A DNA stretch of 64,000 nt, from NCBI GenBank assembly GCA_040221415.1, contig JAVKEN010000009.1, positions 1,650-65,649 on the forward strand. Direction: 5' to 3'. The position numbers and the translations under genes are program-made. Source of the stretch: Rickettsiales bacterium. GTDB lineage: Bacteria > Pseudomonadota > Alphaproteobacteria > Rickettsiales > JABSSG01. Of this stretch, positions 54,731-64,000 are shown one piece after another. Below the pieces are notes generated by a model. That model saw nothing but the letters and a program-made list of their open reading frames with translations. It had not been told where the DNA came from and did not search any database. Position 1 is the stretch's first letter; each line of letters opens with the position of its first letter.

Positions 54731-57391
54731 TTATTTTATCGCAGCATGTGCCGCAGCCAACCTAGCAATTGGAATTCTAAAAGGAGAACATGACACATAG
54801 GTTAAGTTTTGTTTGTGACAAAACTCAATGGATCTTGGGTCGCCTCCATGCTCACCGCAGATGCCTAATTTGAATTCCGCCTTCACTGATCGCGCTTTAG
54901 AAGCAGATATCTTAATTAACTCACCGACCCCTTCTTGATCCAAAGAAACAAATGGATCATCTTCCATAATCTTATCATCAAGATATTTAGTGATAAACTC
55001 AGACGAATCATCACGAGACATACCATAAGAGGTTTGTGTTAAATCATTTGTTCCATAACTAAAATAATCTACATGATGTGCTATTTTATCAGAAATAAGG
55101 GCTGCTCTCGGGAGCTCGATCATTGTACCCACACTACACTCAATTTTATGATTTGATTCTTTTTCAACCGCATCCTTCACTTCAATAATTAAATCACGCA
55201 TGATTTTTATTTCTTTCTCAGTAGAAATCAAAGGAACCATAATTTCTATATTAGGTTTAAAATCATATTTTTTAGACACATCAACATAGGCCTCAAAAAT
55301 AGCCTGGGACTGCATTTTATATATTTCCGGGTAAGAAATGCCTAACCTTGCACCTCTATGACCAAGCATTGGATTTGCTTCGTGCAACTTCTCACATCTG
55401 TCCCGAATGTAAGAAACATCCATGTCAGTTGCCTGAGCTAAAGTCTCGATCTCTTCATCTGTATGAGGCAGAAATTCGTGCAGAGGAGGATCAAGCAATC
55501 TAATGTTCACTGGTTTATTTTTCATTAATTGAAAAATTTCATAGAAATCTTGCTTTTGCATTGGAAGAATTTCATCAAGAGCTTCCCTTCTTTGTTCAGA
55601 TTGACTTGCAATAATCATCTTCCTGACCGACAAAATACGTTCACTATCAAAAAACATATGCTCAGTACGACACAAACCAATACCTTCTGCTCCAAACTTA
55701 ATAGCTGTGCTAACATCAAGTGATGTTTCAGCATTTGTTCTGACTTGTAATTTTTTATATCTATCTGCCCAAGACATAATTGTAAGGAAATCTTTGGTTA
55801 AAGTTGGCAATGTTGTAGGTATATTACCTTCATACACCTCTCCTAGCGAACCATCTATGGTAATATGTTCTCCTGCATGTATTTTAGTTCCATTTTCACA
55901 TACCATGTAGCCATTATTCTGATTTACAGTAATTTTTCCTGCACCGGCAACGCACGCTCTACCCATTCCTCTAGCAACCACAGCTGCATGCGATGTCATA
56001 CCTCCTCTTGCAGTTAGAATCCCTTGCGCAGCATTCATACCATGTATGTCTTCTGGACTAGTCTCAACTCTAACCAAAATTACCTTCTCACCGTTGACAT
56101 GCATTCTCTCTGCATCATTTGCAGTAAAAACAACCTTACCAGTAGCTGCACCAGGAGAAGCCGGTAAACCTTTTGCAATTATGACTTTTTTTGCTTTTGG
56201 ATCTAACGCGGGATGCAATAACTGATCCAGAGATTCTGGCTCAATTTTAAGCAAAGCTTCTTTCTCACTGATTAAACCTTCCGACACAAGGTCATAAGCT
56301 ATTTTTATTGCTGCAGCTGCAGTTCTTTTTCCAGATCTAGTTTGCAACATCCATAATTTTTTATCTTGAACTGTAAACTCTATATCCTGCATATCTCGAT
56401 AATGAGACTCTAAAATTTGTGCCATTTTTATAAATTCTTGATATATCTCTGGCATCGTTTCTTCCATTGATAGAAGATCTGATTGAGTCTCAATTTTATT
56501 TTTTTCAGATATTGGTTGTGGAGTTCTAATTCCAGCAACTACATCTTCACCTTGAGCATTTATTAGATATTCTCCATAAATATTTGCATCTCCGGTAGAT
56601 GGGTTTCTTGTGAATGCAACACCTGTTGCACTTGTTTCTCCAAGATTTCCGAATACCATGGATTGAACATTTACTGCAGTGCCCCATTCTTCAGGAATTT
56701 TATTGATCCTTCTATAAACCTTGGCCCTGTGGCACATCCATGATTTAAATACAGCTTCAATAGCTCCCCACAGCTGTTTGCTTGCGATTTGAGGAAACTC
56801 CTGGTCTGTTTCTTCTTTTACTATTGCCTTAAATCTGTTTACCAATTCATACAAATCATCAGCATCTAACTCTGAATCATTTGTAACAGATTTATCCATC
56901 TTTACCGTCTCAATTGCCTCTTCAAACAAATGATGATCAACATCTAGCACAACATCAGAATACATCTGAATAAAGCGACGATAGCTGTCATAAGCAAATC
57001 TTTTACCACCCTTAGCTGCCAAGCCTTGCACTGTATCATCGTTAAGGCCCAGATTAAGAACCGTGTCCATCATTCCCGGCATTGAAACTCTTGCACCGGA
57101 TCTAACGGAAACTAGTAATGGATTTGTTTTATCGCCAAACCTTAGTCCAAGTTCTGACTCTATTTTTGCAATTGAATTATTGACTTGATTTACTAAATCT
57201 TTAGGAAGATTCTCACCATTTTCATAATAATGAACACAAGCAGAAGTTGTAATTGTAAAACCATAAGGTACTGGTAAACCTATGTTACACATCTCAGCAA
57301 GGTTAGCCCCCTTACCGCCCAGTAAGTTACGCATACTAGCATTTCCCTCTGCGGATCCATTGCCAAAAACATAAGTCCATTTTTCTGCCAT
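54731..57391 (-). CDS. ppdK: Pyruvate, phosphate dikinase
   Basis: LGGKGANL, SVRSGARVSMPGMMDT, TSHAAVVARG, RLLDPPLHEF, GTNDLTQ, CGEHGG. Start set at ATG 57391 (GGAG RBS). Confidence 0.98.
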   Translation of the reverse strand: MAEKWTYVFGNGSAEGNASMRNLLGGKGANLAEMCNIGLPVPYGFTITTSACVHYYENGENLPKDLVNQVNNSIAKIESELGLRFGDKTNPLLVSVRSGARVSMPGMMDTVLNLGLNDDTVQGLAAKGGKRFAYDSYRRFIQMYSDVVLDVDHHLFEEAIETVKMDKSVTNDSELDADDLYELVNRFKAIVKEETDQEFPQIASKQLWGAIEAVFKSWMCHRAKVYRRINKIPEEWGTAVNVQSMVFGNLGETSATGVAFTRNPSTGDANIYGEYLINAQGEDVVAGIRTPQPISEKNKIETQSDLLSMEETMPEIYQEFIKMAQILESHYRDMQDIEFTVQDKKLWMLQTRSGKRTAAAAIKIAYDLVSEGLISEKEALLKIEPESLDQLLHPALDPKAKKVIIAKGLPASPGAATGKVVFTANDAERMHVNGEKVILVRVETSPEDIHGMNAAQGILTARGGMTSHAAVVARGMGRACVAGAGKITVNQNNGYMVCENGTKIHAGEHITIDGSLGEVYEGNIPTTLPTLTKDFLTIMSWADRYKKLQVRTNAETSLDVSTAIKFGAEGIGLCRTEHMFFDSERILSVRKMIIASQSEQRREALDEILPMQKQDFYEIFQLMKNKPVNIRLLDPPLHEFLPHTDEEIETLAQATDMDVSYIRDRCEKLHEANPMLGHRGARLGISYPEIYKMQSQAIFEAYVDVSKKYDFKPNIEIMVPLISTEKEIKIMRDLIIEVKDAVEKESNHKIECSVGTMIELPRAALISDKIAHHVDYFSYGTNDLTQTSYGMSRDDSSEFITKYLDDKIMEDDPFVSLDQEGVGELIKISASKARSVKAEFKLGICGEHGGDPRSIEFCHKQNLTYVSCSPFRIPIARLAAAHAAIK

Positions 57392-57403
57392 CACGATCTC
57401 CAA

Positions 57404-59422
57404 TTAAATCTTAGAACAATCTACAATTTTATTCACCATCTCTAATACCGACTTTAACAAAGAAAGTCGATTATTTCTTATACTCAAATCTTTATCTAGT
57501 ACCATCAATTCGTCAAAAAACTTTGTAACAAGCTTAGAAATTCCTCCAAATTGATTCAAAGCTTCTATATAATTTTTGTCTTTGATAAAGCTATTAATTA
57601 AATCTTTATCTTTTAAAACTTGATTATACAAATCCAGCTCGGAACTCTCAGTAAACAACTTAGGGTTTGCAATAAATTCAACACTCTTTGCACTCGCTAA
57701 AATATTATTGATTCGTTTTACAGATTGATAGATTTCCTTGCCGTTATCAGTCACAAAAAACTCAGAAATTGTCTTTGCTTTTGAATACTCATCAAAATAA
57801 TTATTATCCAGAACAATTGCGTTAACTTCCTCTACTGCAAAACCTTCATCCTTCAGAAATTGTTTAAATCTTTCATCAATATAATTTTTCACTTCTACTT
57901 CTAAAGAAGCTGAAGCATTAAACATCTTAGACACATATTCAATCAAAGAATCAAAAGTGAAATCTAATTTTTTATCTAAAATAATTCTAATAATTCCTAT
58001 TGCAGCTCTCCTAAGGGCAAACGGGTCCTTTGAGCTAGTAGGCTTCTCATCAACACTAAACAACCCAACAATAGAATCTATTTTATCTGCAATCGAAACA
58101 ATAGATGCCTCAAGGGACTCAGGACATGGATCGTCTCTACCCACAGGCCAATAATGCTGCTCTATTGCTGAAGCCACAATCTTGTCTTCACCATCATGCA
58201 ATGCAAAATATTTACCCATTGTACCTTGTAGGTCAGTAAATTCAAAAACTGTCTCAGCAACAAGGTCAGCCTTACATAACCTTGCAACACTTGAAACCTT
58301 TTTCGTAGAAATTCCTATCTCGTTAGCAATAAAACTAGCTATTTTTGCAATTCTGACTGACTTGTCATAAATAGATCCTATTTTTGAATGAAATGTAACT
58401 TTCTTAAGTTCTGGTATTCTATCTTCTAACGATTTCTTCAAATCGTTTTCATAGAAAAATTTGGCATCATGTAACCTTGCTTCAAGAACTTTTTTATTTC
58501 CTTCAACAACCAGATTTTCATCCGTTGATTTGATATTAGAAATTACAGCAAAATAAGGAGAAAAGTTTCCATGCTTATCAGTAAAAGGAAAATATTTCTG
58601 ATTTAATACCATACTAGTAATCAAAATTTCTGGAGGCAAATTTAGAAATTCATCTGAAATTCGAGATATAATAACTTTCGGAAATTCAACTAATCCGGTT
58701 ACTTCATCAATTAGTGACTTGCTAGCATTAAGCTTTATATTATGTTGTTTTGACAGACTCTCTACTTGAGATAATATTTCATCTCTGCGTTCGTCTTGAT
58801 CCAAAACGACATACGATTTATTTAATGTGTCAAAATAATCTGCAGGTGTTGTTACTTTAATTTCCCCTGGCGACATGAATCGATGACCGAAGGTTTTACT
58901 ATTTGATCTTAGGCCAGCAAAATTCACATCAACAATTTCTGAATCAAATAAGCATAAAATATTTCTTATAGGTCTTACCCATTTAGTCCTGGTCGATTCC
59001 CATTGCATTGTCTTTGGCCAACGAAACTGCTTTAATATATTTAGCACTATGTCTTGTAAAACTGCTATGGTTTTTCTCTCTGAAGATTGCTTAATAGCGA
59101 AAAAATATTTTTTACCATTAATCTCTTTCTGAAGAAGGTCATCGTGTTTTAAATTATTAGATTTACAGAACCCATCTATTGCTTTTTCTGGGGCACTTAT
59201 TGATGGACCTTTTAACTCCTCAGAATCTGAAACAATGCTCTCGGGGACATTTTTAACTAACAATACTAATCTTTGGGGTGTCACAAACGATTTAACTTCC
59301 TTAAAAGACACTTTACTAAAACTAGCCTCTTTTAAAAAGAGGTCATTCATTCTCTCTTTGGCATCAAGCTGCATACGAGCGGGAATCTCTTCAGAATAAA
59401 TCTCTAGTAAAAAATCACCCAT
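57404..59422 (-). CDS. glyS: Glycine--tRNA ligase beta subunit
   Basis: [52 protein letters not shown]. Start at ATG 59422 overlapping the glyQ stop. Confidence 0.95.
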   Translation of the reverse strand: MGDFLLEIYSEEIPARMQLDAKERMNDLFLKEASFSKVSFKEVKSFVTPQRLVLLVKNVPESIVSDSEELKGPSISAPEKAIDGFCKSNNLKHDDLLQKEINGKKYFFAIKQSSERKTIAVLQDIVLNILKQFRWPKTMQWESTRTKWVRPIRNILCLFDSEIVDVNFAGLRSNSKTFGHRFMSPGEIKVTTPADYFDTLNKSYVVLDQDERRDEILSQVESLSKQHNIKLNASKSLIDEVTGLVEFPKVIISRISDEFLNLPPEILITSMVLNQKYFPFTDKHGNFSPYFAVISNIKSTDENLVVEGNKKVLEARLHDAKFFYENDLKKSLEDRIPELKKVTFHSKIGSIYDKSVRIAKIASFIANEIGISTKKVSSVARLCKADLVAETVFEFTDLQGTMGKYFALHDGEDKIVASAIEQHYWPVGRDDPCPESLEASIVSIADKIDSIVGLFSVDEKPTSSKDPFALRRAAIGIIRIILDKKLDFTFDSLIEYVSKMFNASASLEVEVKNYIDERFKQFLKDEGFAVEEVNAIVLDNNYFDEYSKAKTISEFFVTDNGKEIYQSVKRINNILASAKSVEFIANPKLFTESSELDLYNQVLKDKDLINSFIKDKNYIEALNQFGGISKLVTKFFDELMVLDKDLSIRNNRLSLLKSVLEMVNKIVDCSKI

Positions 59423-60296
59423 TTTTTTTCTCCAATTCGAGCCATTTTTTACAACATTGCTTAACCATATCTCGAACTCTTGAAATATATTCACCTCTTT
59501 CTGTTACACTCAATACACCCATAGCATCAAGAGTATTAAATAGGTGACTTGCTTTAATGCAGAATTCGTATGCAGGTATTGGTAAATCAACTCCTACTAA
59601 CCTTTTAACCTCTTTCTCTGAATCATTAAAGTGAGTGCTTAACATGCCAACATTCGCACTCTCCAGAGAGTATCTTGAATATTGATACTCACTGTCTAAA
59701 TATAAATCTGAGTATTTCTTCTGCATGCCAGCGTCAGTAGATTCATTCAGTAATAAATCTTTTATGTCCTTCTTATTTTGCAGATAAAGAGCTATTCTTT
59801 CTAATCCGTACGTTAACTCTCCTGACACAACCTCGCATTCAATTCCCCCCATTTGTTGCATATATGTAAACTGAGACACCTCCATGCCATCACACCACAC
59901 CTCCCAACCAAGACCAGAAGCTCCTAAAGTTGGACTCTCCCAGTCATCTTCAACAAATCTAATATCATGCTTTTTTGGATCTATACCCAAATATTCTAAA
60001 CTTTTTAAATACAACTCCTGAATATTTGATGGCGAAGGCTTGAGAATAACTTGAAATTGATGATATTTAAAAAGTCTATTAGGATGCTGTCCATAACGAC
60101 CATCTGTTGGCCTTCTTGAAGGCTGAACATAAGCTAATTTATATGGTTTACTGCCTAGCGTAAGAAAGCTTGTTGCTGTGTGAAAAGTACCAGCTCCCAT
60201 CTCCAAATCATAAGGCTGCAAAATTACACATCCCTGCTTATGCCAATACTCTTGTAAAAGAAAAATTAAACCTTGGAATGATTTGGCCGTGAACAT
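59415..60296 (-). CDS. glyQ: Glycine--tRNA ligase alpha subunit
   Basis: [45 protein letters not shown]. Confidence 0.97.
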   Translation of the reverse strand: MFTAKSFQGLIFLLQEYWHKQGCVILQPYDLEMGAGTFHTATSFLTLGSKPYKLAYVQPSRRPTDGRYGQHPNRLFKYHQFQVILKPSPSNIQELYLKSLEYLGIDPKKHDIRFVEDDWESPTLGASGLGWEVWCDGMEVSQFTYMQQMGGIECEVVSGELTYGLERIALYLQNKKDIKDLLLNESTDAGMQKKYSDLYLDSEYQYSRYSLESANVGMLSTHFNDSEKEVKRLVGVDLPIPAYEFCIKASHLFNTLDAMGVLSVTERGEYISRVRDMVKQCCKKWLELEKKNG

Positions 60297-60304
60297 ATCA
60301 GACC

Positions 60305-60862
60305 TTATACCCGCATTATCTCTTTTTCACGTGATGATAAAGAAGTATCGATTTTACTTATAAATTCATCAGTAATTTTCTGCACATCATCACTAGCCTT
60401 ATGCATATCATCTTCCGATATATCTTTAGATTTTTCTAATTTTTTTATCTCATCCATTGCATCACGACGAATATTACGCACAGCAATTTTTGTTTGCTCG
60501 GAATATTTAGATGCAAGTTTTACCAATTCTTTTCTTCTCTCTTCGCTCAAAGGGGGAATTGGTATGCGTACTAGCTGACCATCAGCTGAAGCATTAACAC
60601 CTAAATCAGAAATATTAATAGCTCTTTCCACTGAACTCACTAACCCTTTATCCCACACTTGAACAACTAACAATTTTGCATCTTGAGCAGAAACTGATCC
60701 GACTTGATTAATTGGCATCATACTGCCATAGGCCTCAACCATAATATGCTCGAGAAAACTTGGGGTAGCTCTACCAGTTCTAATGCCCTTTAACTCACTT
60801 ATTAAATTGTTTAAAGAGTTATCCATTTTCTTTTTTATTTGAGACTTAATATCTTCAATCAT
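60305..60862 (-). CDS. frr: Ribosome recycling factor
   Basis: [24 protein letters not shown]. Confidence 0.97.
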   Translation of the reverse strand: MIEDIKSQIKKKMDNSLNNLISELKGIRTGRATPSFLEHIMVEAYGSMMPINQVGSVSAQDAKLLVVQVWDKGLVSSVERAINISDLGVNASADGQLVRIPIPPLSEERRKELVKLASKYSEQTKIAVRNIRRDAMDEIKKLEKSKDISEDDMHKASDDVQKITDEFISKIDTSLSSREKEIMRV

Positions 60863-60871
60863 AATTCAAAA

Positions 60872-61588
60872 TTATTTAATAATTGTATATTCTCCCTGAC
60901 TGCAGGCTGCCCGTAACACGCTATTTTCATTATGTATTGAAAAAACAACTACAGGTAATTTATTTTCTCGTGCAAGAGTAATTGCTGAAGCGTCCATAAC
61001 AGACAAGCCATCCTCTAGAACTTTTTTATAGCTTAATTCTTTATACTTAGAAGCCTTTTGATCTTTTTTAGGATCCGCCGTGTAAACGCCATCGACTTGC
61101 GTCGCTTTCATTAACACATCACAGTTTAACTCAACAGCTCTCAACGCAGCCGCGGTGTCAGTAGAAAAGAATGGGTTCCCTGTGCCAGCAGCACAAATTA
61201 CAATCCTTCCTTTTTCCATATGACGAATGGCTCTTCTCCTAATATATTGCTCGCACATCGCAGAAGCAGGAATCGCTGAACACACCCTCGTGCTTACATC
61301 CAGCTTGTCAAAAACACTTTGTATAGCTAAGGCATTCATGATAGTACCAAGCATACCCATATAATCACAACTAGCTCTATCAATTAATTTTTGCTCGGAT
61401 AAGCTAACCCCTCGAAAAATATTGCCGCCACCAACAACAATACTTACTTCAACACCTGCATCATGAAGCTTTTTGATATCTTTGCATATACGCTGAACTT
61501 CAGAGAAATCATAACCAAATTCTTTTTCCCCTTTTAATGCCTCTCCTGAGATTTTCAGAAGTACCCTCTTGTAGGGATCTGCAGACAT
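60872..61588 (-). CDS. pyrH: UMP kinase
   Basis: [38 protein letters not shown]. Confidence 0.97.
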   Translation of the reverse strand: MSADPYKRVLLKISGEALKGEKEFGYDFSEVQRICKDIKKLHDAGVEVSIVVGGGNIFRGVSLSEQKLIDRASCDYMGMLGTIMNALAIQSVFDKLDVSTRVCSAIPASAMCEQYIRRRAIRHMEKGRIVICAAGTGNPFFSTDTAAALRAVELNCDVLMKATQVDGVYTADPKKDQKASKYKELSYKKVLEDGLSVMDASAITLARENKLPVVVFSIHNENSVLRAACSQGEYTIIK

Positions 61589-61600
61589 ATCAGCTCCTAT

Positions 61601-62527
61601 CTATTTTGTGCCAGATATTTCAGCAACCTCCTGCGCGAAATCTTGAGTTTCTACCTCAATCCCTTCGCCAACTTCGTATCTGATAAAACCTTTAATTTCT
61701 ACTTCCGTATTATGCTCTTTTGCAAAGGAGTTAACAACATCTTTTACTGGAGTCTTACCATCAATGACAAATAATTGCTCTAAAAGCACAACTTCCTTGT
61801 AAAATTTATTCACCCTACCCTCTACCATTTTCTCAACAATATTGTCCGGCTTACCGGATGCTTTTGCTTGCTCAAAGAAAATAGCTTTCTCTCTTTCTAC
61901 TAATGAACTATCGACCTCGGATGAGGTTAGCGCAACTGGTTTAGCTGCTGCAACATGCATGGCAATCTGTTTACCTAATTGCTCAAGATCCGGAGTGACT
62001 TTATCAGACTCGATAGCAACCAAAACAGCAATTTTTCCTACATTTTCTTTTACAGAATTATGAACGTAACTCGCCACTATGCCAGAAGAAACTTCAAGAG
62101 AAGACATTCTTCTTAAGTTCATGTTCTCCCCGATAACAGCAATCGCGTCAACAATCTCCTCCTTGACTGATTTTGATGCATTCATACATTTCTTTTCAGA
62201 CAGCTCTTCAACATTTTCAACTTCCATTGCAGTATGAACAACATTGCTAACTAATTCCTGAAAATTCTCATTGCGAGCAACAAAATCTGTTTCTGCATTT
62301 AGCTCTACTGCCACACCTTTACTTCCATCCACTGCAACAGCTACCAAACCTTCAGCTGCTACTCTACCTGACTTCTTTCCTGCAAGAGCGTGGCCTTTTT
62401 TGCGCAGCCAATCAACCGCTGACTCAAAATCACCATCACACTCCTGTAGAGCTTTCTTACAATCCATCATCCCAGCGCCTGTTTTCTCACGCAAGTCTTT
62501 AACTAATGAAGCGGTAATTTGTGCCAT
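61601..62527 (-). CDS. tsf: Elongation factor Ts
   Basis: VKDLREKTGAGMMDCKKAL, ETDFVA, IGEN, AMHVAA. Confidence 0.98.
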   Translation of the reverse strand: MAQITASLVKDLREKTGAGMMDCKKALQECDGDFESAVDWLRKKGHALAGKKSGRVAAEGLVAVAVDGSKGVAVELNAETDFVARNENFQELVSNVVHTAMEVENVEELSEKKCMNASKSVKEEIVDAIAVIGENMNLRRMSSLEVSSGIVASYVHNSVKENVGKIAVLVAIESDKVTPDLEQLGKQIAMHVAAAKPVALTSSEVDSSLVEREKAIFFEQAKASGKPDNIVEKMVEGRVNKFYKEVVLLEQLFVIDGKTPVKDVVNSFAKEHNTEVEIKGFIRYEVGEGIEVETQDFAQEVAEISGTK

Positions 62528-62528
62528 T

Positions 62529-63566
62529 TTAGCTCTCCTTTTTACTTTTAGTGGTTTTAGCTTTAGATGCTACAGCGGTTTTCTTAGCTGCCGGCTTCTT
62601 TTCTTCTTTCGCTTTTGAGGCAGATTTTGAGGCAGAGGTTTTAGCTACTTTTGATTTAGTAGCTTTCTTCACCGTCTCTTCTTCCTCTTTTTTATCTTCC
62701 TTAACATCAGATTTAGCTGGTTCTTTTTTAGCAACCGCCTCTTTTTTGGTAATCTCTTCTTTTGCTTCTACTTTTTCTGCGTTCTCTTTTTCAGGCTTCT
62801 TAATATCAACCTTCACTCCAGAATCCTTCTTTGAATCAACAGAAACTCCGGAAGCAGCTAAACTATTCTCCATCGCTTTCAAAATCGTATCTGAGATAAT
62901 ATCACAGTAAAATTGTATAGACCTAATAGCATCATCATTGCCCGGAATTATATAATCAACACCCAGAGGTCTACCATTAGTATCAACTATTGCAGCCACA
63001 GGTATGCCTAATTTTTTAGCTTCTTGTATGGCAATATTCTCTTTCCAACTGTCAATAACAAAAACTAAATCTGGTCTGCCTTTCATGTTTCTTATTCCAC
63101 CCAAAGAAGCCTCAAGCTTTTGACGCTTCCTATCGAAATCTAAAAGTTCTTTTTTACTATATTTAGAAACTTCGCTTTTCTCTTCTTCTTCAAGAATTTT
63201 TTCTATGTCTTCTAAAGTTTTGATTGACTTGGAAACTGTATTCCAATTTGTCAACATCCCACCAAGCCATCTTTTGTTTACGAAGTGCTGACCACATCTC
63301 AAAGCTGACTCTTTTAGAACTTCAACAGCTTGCTTTTTTGTAGCCACAAACAAAATTTTACCGTTGCCTCTTGCTACTTCATATATCTTTTTAAGAGCGT
63401 TATGGAGCAAAGGGGCTGTCTTTTGGAGATCAATAATGTGCACCCCATTTCTTTCTCCATATATAAATGGTGCCATGATAGGGTTCCATCTAGAAGTCTT
63501 GTGTCCGAAATGAACACCAGCCTCTAGCATTTGAGCTATAGTAAACTTTGGAATAGATTGAGTCAT
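62529..63566 (-). CDS. rpsB: 30S ribosomal protein S2 with long Lys/Ala/Glu-rich extension
   Basis: LEAGVHFGH, WNP.M, HIIDL, RWLGGMLTN, VDTN, PGNDD. Confidence 0.98.
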   Translation of the reverse strand: MTQSIPKFTIAQMLEAGVHFGHKTSRWNPIMAPFIYGERNGVHIIDLQKTAPLLHNALKKIYEVARGNGKILFVATKKQAVEVLKESALRCGQHFVNKRWLGGMLTNWNTVSKSIKTLEDIEKILEEEEKSEVSKYSKKELLDFDRKRQKLEASLGGIRNMKGRPDLVFVIDSWKENIAIQEAKKLGIPVAAIVDTNGRPLGVDYIIPGNDDAIRSIQFYCDIISDTILKAMENSLAASGVSVDSKKDSGVKVDIKKPEKENAEKVEAKEEITKKEAVAKKEPAKSDVKEDKKEEEETVKKATKSKVAKTSASKSASKAKEEKKPAAKKTAVASKAKTTKSKKES

Positions 63567-63584
63567 AATATTATATCCTTTTTA

Positions 63585-63670
63585 GTTAAACCTCTGTGCA
63601 GTTACAACTTAAATAATTAAGTCACTAAAAAGTGGCTGCACATGTGAATGTGCGCCGAATAATAAGGCAC
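63585..63670 (-). ncRNA. Structured rpsB 5' leader (t44/S2-leader-like)
   Basis: Outer stem TGTGCAG/CTGCACA (63595-63601 with 63636-63642) encloses two hairpins (ACTTAA/TTAAGT and CACT/AGTG); flanked by CAC-rich and GAGG..TAAC elements; extra GTGCC/GGCGC hairpin upstream. Confidence 0.65.
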
Positions 63671-63711
63671 AAACTACATTAATTCAAGATCAAATTTAAT
63701 AATTCTTTAAT

Positions 63712-63999
63712 TTAATTAGTCTTGTCTCTTAAAGATTTCGCTTGTTCTCTTGCGATATTAATCGCTTCATCAAGAGCTGTTTGAGTGCAAAGCCCAAGAA
63801 TTACAGGATCTTTAGCTCTCAAATTAGACATATTCCAATGCTCTCTATTACGAATAGTTTGTATGGTGTTTTTTGTAGTCCCAATAAGCTTAACAATCTT
63901 TGCATCAGTCATCTCAGGGCAATTTTTTATTATCCAATAAACCGCATCTGGTTTATCTTGCCTTCTTGCGATTGGAGTATATTTAGTAACTTTTTTCTT
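63712..63999 (-). CDS. trcR: Cell-cycle transcriptional regulator TrcR (DUF1013), 3' part
   Basis: The frame extends to the window edge: KYTPIARRQDKPDAVYW..P..TDAKIVKLIGTTKNTI..IR...HWN..N....DPV.LGLC.Q. Confidence 0.88.
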   Translation of the reverse strand, partial: KKKVTKYTPIARRQDKPDAVYWIIKNCPEMTDAKIVKLIGTTKNTIQTIRNREHWNMSNLRAKDPVILGLCTQTALDEAINIAREQAKSLRDKTN

Positions 64000-64000
64000 T

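Noticed and set aside
59423-59494. N-terminal extension of glyS in the ORF track and A-run suggesting a glyQ-glyS frameshift fusion
   Set aside because: A normal overlapping stop/start (ATGGGTGA) explains the junction; GlyS homology begins at [12 protein letters not shown].

Overview
AT-rich, gene-dense bacterial chromosome segment from an alphaproteobacterium, most likely a Rickettsiales-type host-associated lineage (DUF2610, PopZ, TrcR/DUF1013, the tolC-popZ-ankyrin locus, fragmented dcw and rpsP/trmD clusters). It keeps peptidoglycan (ftsW, murG, amidase), LPS (kdsA) and gluconeogenic genes (ppdK, tpiA, glpX). Most of the window is housekeeping: rpsB-tsf-pyrH-frr-glyQS-ppdK, tpiA-secG-pyrG-kdsA, xerD, tRNA-Cys, trmD-rplS, holB-metG-tatD, nth, mutM, mutL, gltX, rpmG-rpsP, recJ, typA, hemB. 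Interspersed are many orphan or effector-like genes: a eukaryote/Legionella-type CD39/NTPDase, three pentapeptide-repeat proteins, two ankyrin proteins, Q/N/P-rich disordered envelope proteins, and several orphans with shared C-terminal tail types. The best leads are (i) an apparently split RARP-1-like gene pair behind tolC-popZ, (ii) the NTPDase with a degenerate ACR1, (iii) an operon headed by a CtrA-like box that joins a membrane-anchored pentapeptide protein, an iron-ligand-less dioxygenase-fold protein and an amidase, and (iv) large pentapeptide/hydrophobic-hairpin effector candidates. I saw no CRISPR array, IS element, prophage or rRNA. All family assignments come from motif recognition by eye, not from database searches.
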